Assembly (NCBI GenBank): GCA_965201075.1
Contig: CBDAVP010000022.1
Location: forward strand, 4,567-68,566
Source of the DNA: Isosphaeraceae bacterium
Lineage (GTDB): Bacteria; Planctomycetota; Planctomycetia; Isosphaerales; Isosphaeraceae
Length of the DNA: 64,000 nt
Direction: 5' to 3'
Below are positions 43,942 to 53,850 of the stretch, piece after piece. How positions within the stretch are numbered: the first letter of the stretch is position 1; each line of letters begins with the position of its first letter. A model generated the notes under the pieces. The model saw only the letters and a list, made by a program, of their open reading frames with translations. It ran no database searches and was not told where the DNA came from. The position numbers were made by a program, and so were the translations under genes.

Positions 43942-45498
43942 TTAGAGCCGTCGCCACTTCGTGCCGTCGTCCTCGACCAGGGCGTCGGCTTCCCGGGGTC
44001 CCCAGGTGCCGGCCGCGTATTTGGCCGGTTTCGGGGCGTCGGGGCGGTGCCAGGCTTCGAGGATTGGGGTAATGAATTGCCAGGCGTTTTCCACCTCGTC
44101 GGTGCGGGTGAACAGCGTGGGGTCTCCCAGGATCACGTCGAGGAGCAGGCGCTCGTAAGCCTCGGGAGAGGGGATGGCGAATGCGGTTCCGTAGCGGAAG
44201 TCCATTCGCACTCGCTGGAGGCGACGTCGGGAGCCGGGGATCTTGGCCTGGAAGGCGAGGCTTGTTCCTTCCTTGGGCTGGATCAGGAGGATGAGCTGGT
44301 TGACGTGGTCGGAGCCCTCGACGTCGGGTTCGAACAGATTGGTGGGCGGGTTGCGGAACTGGATGGCGATCTCGGTGGTCCGCTTGGGGAGGGCCTTCCC
44401 GGTGCGGAGGTAGAAGGGGACGCCGGCCCATCGCCAGTTGTTGAGGGTCAGACGGAGGGCGACGTAGGTCTCGGTGGTGGAGTCGGGCTTGACCCCCTTC
44501 TCCGAGAGGTAGTCGGGGACGTCGCGGCCCTGGATTGACCCGGGGGTGTACTGGGCGCGGACGACGCGGCGATCGACCTCCTCGGCCGTCCATCGAGGGA
44601 GGGCCTGGAGGACCTTGACCTTTTCGGTGCGCACGGAGTCGGCCGAGAGGTTGACCGGCGGCTCCATCGCCACGAGGCAGAGGACCTGGAGGATGTGGTT
44701 CTGGACGAGGTCGCGGATGGCGCCGGCCTCGTCGTAGAAGCCGCCACGACTGCCGACGGCGACCTCCTCGGCCACGGTGATCTGGACCGACTCGACGTGT
44801 CGACGGTTCCAGATCGCCTCGAAGATCGCGTTGCCGAACCGCAGGGCCAGGATGTTCTGGACCGTTTCCTTGCCGAGATAGTGGTCGATCCGGTAGGTCT
44901 GCGACTCGTCGAGGACCTTGGCCACGTCCCGGCTCAGGTCCTGGGCGCTCGGGAGGTCGTGGCCGAACGGTTTTTCGATGACGACGCGGGTCCAGGGCCC
45001 CTTGTGGGGTTCGGGGTTGATGAGCCCGGCCTTGCCCAGTTGCTCGACGATCGGGAGGAAGAATTCGGGGGCGACGGCGAGATAGAAGAGGCGGTTGCCG
45101 CCGGTCGCCTGGGATTGGTCTAGCTCGTCGAGTTTGGCCTTGAGGGCTTCGTAGGTCGCGGGATCGTCGAAGGTTCCGCCGGAGAAGAAGAGGTGGCCGG
45201 CGAACTCGGGCCAGGTGCGGTCGAAGTCGGCGCCGCCGTGCTTTGCTAGCGAGGGTTTGACCTCGTCGCGGAAGGTTTCGTCGGTCCAGTCTCGGCGGGC
45301 CACGCCCACAACGCTATAGCGAGAGGGGAGAGCGCCGGCTACGGAAAGGTGGAAGAGGGCCGGGGCGAGCTTGCGGTGGACGAGGTCGCCGGTGGCGCCG
45401 AAGAGGATAATGGCGCAGGGGTCGATCGCCTGGCCTCGCGGGAGGTTGCCGCGGAGGGGGTTGGACTCGGCGGGGGCCGCGGCCTGGGGATCGGTCAT
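43942..45498 (-). CDS. zwf: Glucose-6-phosphate 1-dehydrogenase
   Basis: It has the NADP motif ILFGATGDLVHRKL and the active-site motif RIDHYLGKETVQNIL. Confidence 0.95.
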   Translation of the reverse strand: MTDPQAAAPAESNPLRGNLPRGQAIDPCAIILFGATGDLVHRKLAPALFHLSVAGALPSRYSVVGVARRDWTDETFRDEVKPSLAKHGGADFDRTWPEFAGHLFFSGGTFDDPATYEALKAKLDELDQSQATGGNRLFYLAVAPEFFLPIVEQLGKAGLINPEPHKGPWTRVVIEKPFGHDLPSAQDLSRDVAKVLDESQTYRIDHYLGKETVQNILALRFGNAIFEAIWNRRHVESVQITVAEEVAVGSRGGFYDEAGAIRDLVQNHILQVLCLVAMEPPVNLSADSVRTEKVKVLQALPRWTAEEVDRRVVRAQYTPGSIQGRDVPDYLSEKGVKPDSTTETYVALRLTLNNWRWAGVPFYLRTGKALPKRTTEIAIQFRNPPTNLFEPDVEGSDHVNQLILLIQPKEGTSLAFQAKIPGSRRRLQRVRMDFRYGTAFAIPSPEAYERLLLDVILGDPTLFTRTDEVENAWQFITPILEAWHRPDAPKPAKYAAGTWGPREADALVEDDGTKWRRL

Positions 45499-45575
45499 CC
45501 GGGAAACTCCGAGGGCGGTCGGTTCGCGTCGTCCTGACCGGACCTCGGGAGTCTAGTGGATCGAGTCAACGCCGA

Positions 45576-46442
45576 TCAAGCCGGACCGTGGAGCGGCCGA
45601 CGGCCCGCGACGTTGATGCCGTTGCCCTGGCCGGCGTGAAAGAACGCCTGGGAGCGAGACAGATCCTCGACGTCGACCAGGCCCGCCTCGGCGAACCAGC
45701 TTTTGACCTCGTCAAAAGTGTGGCGGGAGAGGTAACGCGGGGCGTACCAGTCCAGGGTGTCGCAGACGCGGACCTCGGCGTCGGGGTGCATCGAGACGCC
45801 AATGGTCAGGAGATTCAGGGCGACGCCAGACCTTGCCACCAGGCGGTTGCCCGAGAACATCATGCGACGCTTCAGGGCGCCCACCGGGGCGAAGAGTCGG
45901 CTCAATCCAACCAGAACGCCTAGCGGCAAGCGAGTCGATACGGAGCGATGGGCGTCCATGATCCGTTCCAGGGCCGGGCGTTCTCGTTGGTAGACCCAAA
46001 TGACGATTCGGCCTCCCGGCTTCAATAGCTTCGCCAGCGAGAGAAAGGCGGCGCGGGGGTCGGGGGTGTGGTCCAGGACTCCCAGGGAATAGATGTGGTC
46101 GAACAACCCATCGGCCAGGGGCGGGCGCAGGAGGTCGCCTCTCAGGAGGACACCCCTGGGCAAGCCGTCGGTGAGGTCGCGGGCGGCCTCGACGGCTGCG
46201 CTGAGGTCCAGGCCGACGACCCGCCCGCCGCTCTCGGCCGCGACCCGCAAGTAACGTCCCATTCCGCAACCCGCGTCCAGAACAAGAGAAGTGGCGAGGT
46301 CGGGCGGGTTGAGTCCCGTGCGGTTGCGGAAGGTGGCGCGGTCTTCCTCGGGCCGGATGATGCGAAAGCGTCCCCACTGAAGGGCGTAGGCGCGTTTGGT
46401 CCGGCGTTGGTCGGCGGGGGCGGGGGCGGGGGCGGTGGTCAT
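45576..46442 (-). CDS. Class I SAM-dependent methyltransferase
   Basis: It has motif I, VLDAGCGMGRY, and VVGLDLS. The start ATG at 46442 overlaps the tsaB stop (ATGA on the minus strand). Confidence 0.85.
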   Translation of the reverse strand: MTTAPAPAPADQRRTKRAYALQWGRFRIIRPEEDRATFRNRTGLNPPDLATSLVLDAGCGMGRYLRVAAESGGRVVGLDLSAAVEAARDLTDGLPRGVLLRGDLLRPPLADGLFDHIYSLGVLDHTPDPRAAFLSLAKLLKPGGRIVIWVYQRERPALERIMDAHRSVSTRLPLGVLVGLSRLFAPVGALKRRMMFSGNRLVARSGVALNLLTIGVSMHPDAEVRVCDTLDWYAPRYLSRHTFDEVKSWFAEAGLVDVEDLSRSQAFFHAGQGNGINVAGRRPLHGPA

Positions 46443-47137
46443 GCGGGGCGGGCTCGATTGGGGGCGTCCCACTGGTCCTCGGCGGCGCTGCGTCGCAGGT
46501 AGACCGGCTCCAGGGACCAGGGGTCGGCCTCGGTGGAACCGGCGAGCGCGGCGAGGGCCAGTTCGGCGAAGGCCGAGGCCCGGGGAAAGCCCGATTCGGC
46601 GTCGGCGAGTTGGAGGCCGGCGGGTAGGTCGGGGACGAGTCGGGCGAGGTCGGGGCCGAGGATCAAAGTGCCAGCTTCGAGCCGCGAGAGCCAGCGAGCT
46701 TTGGGCTCGACGCGGGTGGGGGAGAGTCGCTGGGGGAAGGCACCCGGCGAGGGGCGGAGGAACTCGGCCGCGAAGACGTCGCCTCGCTGGGCGTCGACCG
46801 CGACCGCTAGCCGCATTGACCCGGCTGGGGCGCCGGCGGCGATCGCTTCCAGGCTGTCAAACCCGGCGAGCGGGCACTTCGCGGCGTAGGCCAAGGTTTT
46901 GGCGGCGGTGACGCCCACCCTCAAGCCGGTGAAGGAACCGGGGCCGAGGCCGACGGCGATGCCGTCAAGGTCGGCGACCCGCAGGCCGGCGCGGTGGAGA
47001 AGGTCGCGAATGGCGGGGACCACCCCCCGACCGTGTCGCAAGGAGGGGTCGGGCGATGCGGTCACCGGACCGTCGGCCACGCCGATGAGGGCCAGTGAGG
47101 CACGGTTTGTCGAGGTGTCGAGCGCCAGAATCCTCAT
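46439..47137 (-). CDS. tsaB: tRNA N6-threonylcarbamoyladenosine biosynthesis protein TsaB
   Basis: It has the MRILALDTSTNRASLAL N-terminus and GPGSFTGLRVG, typical of YeaZ/TsaB. Confidence 0.9.
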   Translation of the reverse strand: MRILALDTSTNRASLALIGVADGPVTASPDPSLRHGRGVVPAIRDLLHRAGLRVADLDGIAVGLGPGSFTGLRVGVTAAKTLAYAAKCPLAGFDSLEAIAAGAPAGSMRLAVAVDAQRGDVFAAEFLRPSPGAFPQRLSPTRVEPKARWLSRLEAGTLILGPDLARLVPDLPAGLQLADAESGFPRASAFAELALAALAGSTEADPWSLEPVYLRRSAAEDQWDAPNRARPA

Positions 47138-47328
47138 GGACGGACACCCCCCGCGAGTTGCCTTGAGGCGTGTCCGCCCCGATGGTTGCTATTGGTGTCG
47201 GTGCTTCCCCTTGACCACGCCCCTGCCCGCATTCTACGATCTGCTAAGACCCATGCCGCGCTTCCGCCTCTGGCGATCCGACCTGGCTTCCGCCATTCCG
47301 CCACCGTTCTTGACCGGAGTCCGCCCCG

Positions 47329-48126
47329 TTGCGTCGCGCCTTGATCAGTGACATCCACGGGAATCTGGAAGCCCTGGAAGTTGTCCTGGCCGACATCGAG
47401 GCCCAGGGCGTGGAGGAAGTCTTCTGTTTGGGGGACGTGATCGGCTATGGTCCCAACCCCCGCGAGTGCATCGACCGGGTGATGGAGCATTGCAAGGTCA
47501 CCTTGCTGGGAAATCACGATCAAGGGGCTCTTTTCGACCCCGATGGGTTCAATATTGGCGCCGAGCGAGCGATTTTCTGGACGAGGGAGCAACTGGAGAA
47601 TCCGCACGACCGGGCCAATAACGAGCGTCGTTGGGAATTCCTGGGGGAACTGCCGAGGACGCATCGGCAGGGCCCATTCCTGTTCGTTCACGGGTCGCCG
47701 CGAAATCCCCTGAGCGAGTATATCTTTCCCGAGGACATCTACAACCATCGAAAGATGGAGCGGCTGTTCCAGCTTGTGGAACAATATTGTTTCCAGGGGC
47801 ATACCCACGTCCCGGGGATATTCACCGAGGGCTTTCAGTTTTATGCCCCGGAGGAGATCGACCATCATTATACCCTGGGTGAGGGGAAGGTGATGGTCAA
47901 CGTGGGGTCGGTCGGTCAGCCCCGAGATGGCGACCCGAGGGCCTGTTACATCATCCTGGATGACGGCCTTGCCGCTGGCGAAGAGACCCCTTCGGGCGAA
48001 AAACCTCCGCCGGTCCGACTTACTTATCGCCGGTTGCCCTATAATTTCGAGTCGACCATCCAGAAAATCTACGCGATCCCCGAGCTTGAGCCCTTTCTGG
48101 GCGACCGCCTCCGCCAGGGACGCTGA
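47329..48126 (+). CDS. Metallophosphoesterase family protein
   Basis: It has the motifs [20 protein letters not shown] and GHTH. The start is TTG. Confidence 0.85.
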   Translation: MRRALISDIHGNLEALEVVLADIEAQGVEEVFCLGDVIGYGPNPRECIDRVMEHCKVTLLGNHDQGALFDPDGFNIGAERAIFWTREQLENPHDRANNERRWEFLGELPRTHRQGPFLFVHGSPRNPLSEYIFPEDIYNHRKMERLFQLVEQYCFQGHTHVPGIFTEGFQFYAPEEIDHHYTLGEGKVMVNVGSVGQPRDGDPRACYIILDDGLAAGEETPSGEKPPPVRLTYRRLPYNFESTIQKIYAIPELEPFLGDRLRQGR

Positions 48127-48222
48127 ATCTCGACAACCCGACTTGCCCGAGCCGCCCTCCCTCCGCACCCGCGAGCCTGCCCCGCCGATCTCGCGCCCTC
48201 CCCGACCGAGGTCTTCCGCCCG

Positions 48223-50490
48223 ATGAACAAAGACAAGCGGATCCTCACCTTCGCCCTGGTGCTGTCGATCTATTTCCTCGGGCTGTCGATGTGGCAGGAC
48301 CGCAAGGGGCCGCCCCCAGCGCCGACGGTCGATACCGAGGTCGCCGAGGCGCCGGATGTTGCGGCCGAGGCTCCCAAGGTTGGGTTTGTCGACGGGGTGG
48401 AAGATGTCTTCGCCCGTGAAGCCCCGCCCGAGGCCGCTCCGGCGGTGATTGGCCTCAACCCGGCCAAGGTCGAGCCGGTGGAGCCGGCGGAACTGGTCCT
48501 GGGCGCTTCGGCCGATGGCCGAGCGCCGGGGGGTTATCACCTTCGGGCCCAGCTCGACCAGCAAGGGGCCGGCATCTCGGCCGTCTGGGCCAACGGCTAC
48601 GAAGCCGAGTGGGAGGGCCGGAAAAAGGTTAGCAAGCCGCTGGCCCTGGTCACGCGCGACCCCAAGGCGGCCGACCCGTCGTCGCCGATCGGTCCGCCGT
48701 CGTTGCTGCTGAATCTGGTCCCTCCCGATGACCTGGAACCCGAGGCCGGCGACAACTTTCAGACCAAGTTGGAGAAGGAAGCGGACCGCTCGCGGTACAA
48801 CCTTAGCGACATTGCCTGGACCGTGGTGCGGGATGCCGCCGGCAAGGTCGTGCACGAGGCCGAGCCTGTCGCGAAGGGGGGCCCGAAGGGTCAGGCGATC
48901 CGTTTCCGGACGGTGGGCGGACCGGGTGTCGCCGTGACCAAGACCTTTCGCCTGTTTCCGGGGTCCGACTCCCTGGAACTGGTGATCGAGCTGGCCAGCC
49001 CCGACGCCCCTCGGAAGGTCGCCTACAACCTGACGGGATTTCACGGCATTCCGATCGAGGGGGAGTGGTACACCAGCACCTTCCGCGATGTGTTCATCGG
49101 ACAGCGGAAGGACGCCGGGGGGATCGGCCTCACGTCACTGGACGCGAAGGAGATTTCCAACAAGGGAGAGGCCAATGACCGCCTGACCGAGCGACCCCTG
49201 GCGTTTGCCGGGGTTGAGGATCAGTACTTCGCCACGTTCCTCCAGCCGGAGGCGGAAGACCGGGTGGCCGCGACCGTGCCGGCCCTGGTTCTGCCCAACG
49301 CGAAGGAGCCGCAGAAGGCGGACGTGTCGGTCACGATTACCTCAAAGCCCGCGTCGGTCGCTCCGGGCCACGCCGATACCCAGACGTTCCGCCTGTTCGC
49401 CGGTCCCAAAACGGTCGCCGCCCTGAAACCCTTCGACGCCGAGGAGCTTGCGGCGTATCGTAAGGGGTGGGGGATGATGGGCATTGGCAACCTGGCGACG
49501 ATGCTGGCCCGGTTCGGAATCTCGCCGCTGCTGGACAGGATTTACCAACTGACGGCCCAGGTGAGTGGGGGGCGCGGCAGCTATGGGATCGCCATTATTT
49601 TGCTGACGGTGTGTGTCCGGCTGGGCCTGTTCCCACTGGGCCGCAAGACGGCGATGAACGCCAAGAAGATGCAGGCCCTTCAGCCCCAGATCCAGGAGTT
49701 GAAGGAGAAGTACAAGGGGGAGAACGAGAAGATTTTCAAGGAGCAGCAGGCGCTGTTCCGTCGGAACAAGGTCAGCATGTTCGGGGGCTGCCTGACGGCG
49801 GTGATCCAACTGCCGATCTTCATGGGGCTCTGGCAGGCGCTGAATAACAGCGTCGCCTTGCGACATGCTCCGTTCTTGTGGATTCAGAACCTGGCCGCTC
49901 CCGACATGCTGTTCCAGTTCCCGGTGAAGTTGCCGCTGATCGGCGACTACCTGGGGGACTATTTCAACATTCTGCCGTTCGTCGTCGTGGCGTTGATGCT
50001 GGTGCAGAACAAGCTGTTCATGCCCCCGGCGACGACGCCCGAGGCCGAGATGCAGCAGAAGATGATGAAGTACATGATGATTTTCATGGCCTTCATGTTC
50101 TACAAGGTCCCCTCGGGCCTGGGGATTTACTTCATTACCAGCAGTCTCTGGTCGATTGGCGAACGGTTGCTGCTGCCCAAGGTGATTCACGCCCCGGCGA
50201 TCGCTCCCGAGGGAACAACCGGCGGCGGTGGGCCCACGACCGGCGGCGGTGGCGGTGGTGGAGGCGGAGGCGGCAAGGGGCCTTCGGGTGGCGGTTCCGG
50301 CAATGGTGAGGGGGGCGGGTGGCTGAGCCGGAAGCTGGAATCGCTGATGGATGAGGCGGCCCGCGAGCGGACGATCCGCAACAACGGCAACGGTGCCTCC
50401 TCGGACCGCCGCGATGGGAATCGTCCTGGGTCCGATCGCGGGGGCAAGGGTCCGGATCGGCCCCGCTCCAAGCCTGGCCGTCGCCGGTAA
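48223..50490 (+). CDS. yidC: Membrane protein insertase YidC (long form)
   Basis: The order is an N-terminal TM helix, a large periplasmic domain, then the conserved core YGIAIILLTVCVRLGLFPL...MQALQPQIQELKEKY...LPIFMGLW. The C-terminal tail is Gly-rich and basic. Confidence 0.9.
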   Translation: MNKDKRILTFALVLSIYFLGLSMWQDRKGPPPAPTVDTEVAEAPDVAAEAPKVGFVDGVEDVFAREAPPEAAPAVIGLNPAKVEPVEPAELVLGASADGRAPGGYHLRAQLDQQGAGISAVWANGYEAEWEGRKKVSKPLALVTRDPKAADPSSPIGPPSLLLNLVPPDDLEPEAGDNFQTKLEKEADRSRYNLSDIAWTVVRDAAGKVVHEAEPVAKGGPKGQAIRFRTVGGPGVAVTKTFRLFPGSDSLELVIELASPDAPRKVAYNLTGFHGIPIEGEWYTSTFRDVFIGQRKDAGGIGLTSLDAKEISNKGEANDRLTERPLAFAGVEDQYFATFLQPEAEDRVAATVPALVLPNAKEPQKADVSVTITSKPASVAPGHADTQTFRLFAGPKTVAALKPFDAEELAAYRKGWGMMGIGNLATMLARFGISPLLDRIYQLTAQVSGGRGSYGIAIILLTVCVRLGLFPLGRKTAMNAKKMQALQPQIQELKEKYKGENEKIFKEQQALFRRNKVSMFGGCLTAVIQLPIFMGLWQALNNSVALRHAPFLWIQNLAAPDMLFQFPVKLPLIGDYLGDYFNILPFVVVALMLVQNKLFMPPATTPEAEMQQKMMKYMMIFMAFMFYKVPSGLGIYFITSSLWSIGERLLLPKVIHAPAIAPEGTTGGGGPTTGGGGGGGGGGGKGPSGGGSGNGEGGGWLSRKLESLMDEAARERTIRNNGNGASSDRRDGNRPGSDRGGKGPDRPRSKPGRRR

Positions 50491-50506
50491 GGCCCCGGCG
50501 GTTCGT

Positions 50507-51181
50507 TCAGGCTCGTCGGCGACGGAGCATGAGTCCGCCCGCGCCGAGGAGCATCAGAGCGACCAGTGCCCCACCCGGTTCCGGCACGACCGCCGGGGCG
50601 GAGACGAGTTCGGCGGCCGGAGCGGACGCGACCTCGACGTTAGCAGTGGGGTCGGACATGGCGCGGACGGTGAGCGGGATGATGGGCGTTCGCAACGCCT
50701 CGTCGCTGGCGAGGATGCGGCCGAGGCTGGGATGCTGGGTGTCGAACGTCGTGGGGTTGAGGTCCCGTTGCTTTTCCAGGGCGACCACCCGGGGCGTATG
50801 GGGGATCAGGCCGTCGATGGGTGTGAGGCTAGGGTCCTGCTTCACCGCGGCGAGGGCCAGGTGGTGCATCTGCGCTGGGGTGAGCGACCCGACCGAGTTT
50901 TCGAGTTGGCCGACCGTCGAGGGTTGGCCGGGGGAGTGTCCGGGGAAGGCCGTCTTCACGCCGTTGAAATCGAGCGCGGAGTTGAGGTGGTTTTGCTGCT
51001 GCTGGAACCAATTGCCCAGGTGGCGGATGTCTCCCATTAGCCCCGAGGAATGGCTCGACGAACGGATTGGAGCCGCGGAGGCGTGGGGCGCCCCGAGGCC
51101 GATCAGTCCGAGAATGGCGAGGCCCAGGGGAACGGGGCAGTGTCGGACCGAGTGGTTCAGGAATTTGCGACGGAGTGTCAT
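50507..51181 (-). CDS. PEP-CTERM sorting-domain protein
   Basis: It has a signal peptide after MTLRRKFLNH. The C-terminal VPEPGGALVALMLLGAGGLMLRRRRA shows PEP, a TM helix and an Arg cluster. Confidence 0.75.
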   Translation of the reverse strand: MTLRRKFLNHSVRHCPVPLGLAILGLIGLGAPHASAAPIRSSSHSSGLMGDIRHLGNWFQQQQNHLNSALDFNGVKTAFPGHSPGQPSTVGQLENSVGSLTPAQMHHLALAAVKQDPSLTPIDGLIPHTPRVVALEKQRDLNPTTFDTQHPSLGRILASDEALRTPIIPLTVRAMSDPTANVEVASAPAAELVSAPAVVPEPGGALVALMLLGAGGLMLRRRRA

Positions 51182-51410
51182 GGGGACCAAGATCCTCTTT
51201 GGACCCCGGCGCAAGGGGGGGGGACTCAACGCGCCCAGGGCGTGCCCATGAGGGAGTCAGAAGGTCGGGAGGGTGAGGAGTTCGATGGGGTGGAGGGCGG
51301 GACTTTAACGAATCTCGAAACAATCGCCAAGACACGCTTTTCCCAACGATTGGCCGCGGGTTCCACCGAGTCGCCCTGCCAGGATATGGCCAGGAACCCT
51401 CCTCGGTCCG

Positions 51411-51625
51411 GTGGCGAGGATGGTTCCCTGGACTCCTCGGCGGATAATACGGGGCAGCGTATCGCTCGATGTTCCTGCCACGCCGACCACCGGGCCCCGC
51501 AATGAGGGACAGGCACCGGCGAAGTACCCCGGAGCCAGTCCCCGATTGCGAGGCCAATGGAGAAGGAAACGGACCAGGGATGGCGGTGAGGATGTTTCCC
51601 TGGACTCCTCGGCGGATAATACGGG
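51411..51625. repeat. Intergenic repeat locus C: one core element flanked by a 171-bp-period direct repeat
   Basis: GAGGATGGTTCCCTGGACTCCTCGGCGGATAATACGGGG at 51417-51454 recurs at 51588-51625 with one mismatch. Between the two copies lies GATGTTCCTGCCACGCCGACCACCGGGCCCCGCAATGAGGGACAGGCACCGGCGAAGTACCCCGGAGCCAGTCCCCGATTGCGAGGCCAATGGAGAAGGAAACGG, which matches locus A. Confidence 0.7.
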
Positions 51626-51680
51626 GGCGGCAGTCGTGATGCCGGCCGTTGCATGGCACCGAGCGAAGGGGGACAACCTG

Positions 51681-53138
51681 ATGGCCGGCGAGTCAACCAC
51701 CCAGACGCGGATGTATATTGCGGGACGCTGGCGGGATGCCGAGGACCATGGGACGCTGAAGGTCGTGAATCCGGCCGACGAGTCGACCGTGGCCGAGGTG
51801 GCTTTTGGGGGTCGGGCCGAGGCTGAGGCGGCCATCAGCGCGGCGGCCGAGGCCATGCCGTTGTGGCATGGGACTTCGGCCTATGAGCGGGGCAAGCTCC
51901 TCAAACGCGCCGCCGAGTTGATCCGTGAGCGAGCCGATGCTCTGGCCCGCACCATGACCTCCGAGCAAGGGAAGCCCCTGGCCGAGGCCCGGGGCGAGGT
52001 CCTGCACACGGCCGACACGTTTGAGTGGTTCGCCGAGGAGGGGAAGCGGGCTTATGGCCGCGTCATCCCGCCGACGGTCGTCACCAAGCGGCATTTCGCG
52101 ATCAAGCATCCGGTCGGGGTGGTGGGGACGATCACCCCCTGGAATTTCCCGATGGCGATGGCCGCTCGCAAGATCGCGCCTGCTTTGGCGGCGGGCTGCA
52201 CGGTGGTGAGCCGGACGGCCGACCAGACGCCCTTGTCGATGATCGGTCTGTTCGGCTGCCTGGCCGACGCGGGCTTGCCCCCCGGCGCCGTGAACCTGGT
52301 CATCGGCGACGCGAAGGCGGTGGCCGACGCTTTCTTCGCCCGCCCCGAGGTCCGCAAGATTAGCTTCACCGGGTCGACGGCCGTGGGCAAGGAGTTGATC
52401 CGGCGATCGGCCGATGGCGTCAAGCGGCTGAGCCTGGAACTGGGTGGTCATGCCCCGTTGATCGTCTTCCCCGACGCCGACGTGGCACAGGTGGCCCAGG
52501 CCGCGGTGACCGGCAAGTTTCGCAACAATGGCCAGGTCTGCATTGCCCCGTCGCGGTTCTACCTGCACGAGAAGATCGCCAAGGATTTCACCGAGGCCGC
52601 CGTCGAGTTGGCCCGGTCGCTGAAGATGGGCAATGGCCTGGAAGACGGCATTCAGGTCGGGCCGATGATCGAGTCGAGGGCCCTGGACAAGACGGTTGGC
52701 CTGGTCGACGACGCTCGTCAACGAGGGGCGAAGGTTCTGGCCGGCGGCGGCAAGTCGACTCGGTTTGACCGCGGCTATTTTTTCGAGCCCACGGTCCTCG
52801 GGTCGGTGGATGGCTCGATGCGGATCATGACCGAGGAGCCGTTTGCTCCGGTCATGCCCCTGCTGGACTTCTCCAAGCTCGACGAGGTGATCGCGGCGGC
52901 GAACGCCACCCCTTATGGGTTGGCCGCCTATGTGTTCACCAACGACCTCACCGTCGCGACGAGGATGGCCGAGGGTCTGGAGGCTGGCATTATCGGCATC
53001 AACGACCCTGTCCCGGCCACGCCTCAATGCCCATTCGGCGGGATGAAGGAGTCTGGTCTGGGGAGGGAACTGGGGATGGAAGGGCTCGACGCCTACCTGG
53101 AGACGAAGTATGTCTCATTGGGGCTTCGGGCAAACTGA
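51681..53138 (+). CDS. NAD(P)-dependent aldehyde dehydrogenase (succinate-semialdehyde dehydrogenase-like)
   Basis: It has FTGSTAVGK, ELGGHAP and the catalytic Cys in GQVCIAPSRF. The start ATG 51681 is preceded by AAGGGGGA. The track ORF from 51411 runs through the non-coding repeat. Confidence 0.9.
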   Translation: MAGESTTQTRMYIAGRWRDAEDHGTLKVVNPADESTVAEVAFGGRAEAEAAISAAAEAMPLWHGTSAYERGKLLKRAAELIRERADALARTMTSEQGKPLAEARGEVLHTADTFEWFAEEGKRAYGRVIPPTVVTKRHFAIKHPVGVVGTITPWNFPMAMAARKIAPALAAGCTVVSRTADQTPLSMIGLFGCLADAGLPPGAVNLVIGDAKAVADAFFARPEVRKISFTGSTAVGKELIRRSADGVKRLSLELGGHAPLIVFPDADVAQVAQAAVTGKFRNNGQVCIAPSRFYLHEKIAKDFTEAAVELARSLKMGNGLEDGIQVGPMIESRALDKTVGLVDDARQRGAKVLAGGGKSTRFDRGYFFEPTVLGSVDGSMRIMTEEPFAPVMPLLDFSKLDEVIAAANATPYGLAAYVFTNDLTVATRMAEGLEAGIIGINDPVPATPQCPFGGMKESGLGRELGMEGLDAYLETKYVSLGLRAN

Positions 53139-53160
53139 ACTGGGCCCGGGAGGACTTTCC

Positions 53161-53751
53161 ATGAGCACCGCCGAACCGATTGCCGCCTCGGAACTCCTCA
53201 CCGTCGAGGAGTTTCTACGGCTTCCCGATGATGGGATCCACCGCGAGTTGATTCGGGGCCAGGTGCGCATTCACGGTGTCCCGGAGCCAGGGATGACATA
53301 CCGCAACCGATTTCATAGCGAGATTGAGGCGAATTTTGTCTATGAACTCAAAGGTTGGCTGAGACGGCTGCCGGAACCTCGGGGGAAAATTCTGTGCGGC
53401 GAGGTCGGTTTCCGACTCGATGGGACGCCGACCTCTCTGGTTGGGATCGATGTCGCCTACGCCTCCGCCGAGTTGATTGCCGCCACTGCGCCGAAGCAAA
53501 GAATCTTCGATGGGTCGCCCTTGCTCGCCGTGGAAATCCTTTCGCCGTCCGACACCCAGGAGGGGATCGTGGAGAAACTGGACCTCTACCTCCAACATGG
53601 GGCAGTCGTCTGGATTGTTGACCCCGATGTCCGGATCGTCCGCGTTCACCGGCCGGGACGCGAGCCCGAGATGTTCACTGCTTCGCAAGATTTGACGACC
53701 GAGCCGGAGCTTCCGGGGTTTCGCGTGCCCGTTTCGCAACTCATCCCTTGA
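53161..53751 (+). CDS. Uma2-family (DUF820) endonuclease
   Basis: It has EEFLRLPDDGIHRELIRGQV, then D...E.K-like core residues (GIDVAYA, LAVEILSPSD). Size and layout are typical for Uma2. Confidence 0.85.
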   Translation: MSTAEPIAASELLTVEEFLRLPDDGIHRELIRGQVRIHGVPEPGMTYRNRFHSEIEANFVYELKGWLRRLPEPRGKILCGEVGFRLDGTPTSLVGIDVAYASAELIAATAPKQRIFDGSPLLAVEILSPSDTQEGIVEKLDLYLQHGAVVWIVDPDVRIVRVHRPGREPEMFTASQDLTTEPELPGFRVPVSQLIP

Positions 53752-53850
53752 AGCGATTCGCGGTGGGCGTCAGGTCGAGTCTTCCGTCGCGCCCGTCCGG
53801 CGGTTAGGCTCGACGCAAGCCCCCCTGCCCTTCTCGGGAGTTGTTTCACC

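Noticed and set aside
51411-51680. The N-terminal extension of the aldehyde dehydrogenase ORF
   Set aside because: It runs through the non-coding repeat. The two copies of the 39-nt repeat are read in different frames. A proper SD and ATG exist at 51681.
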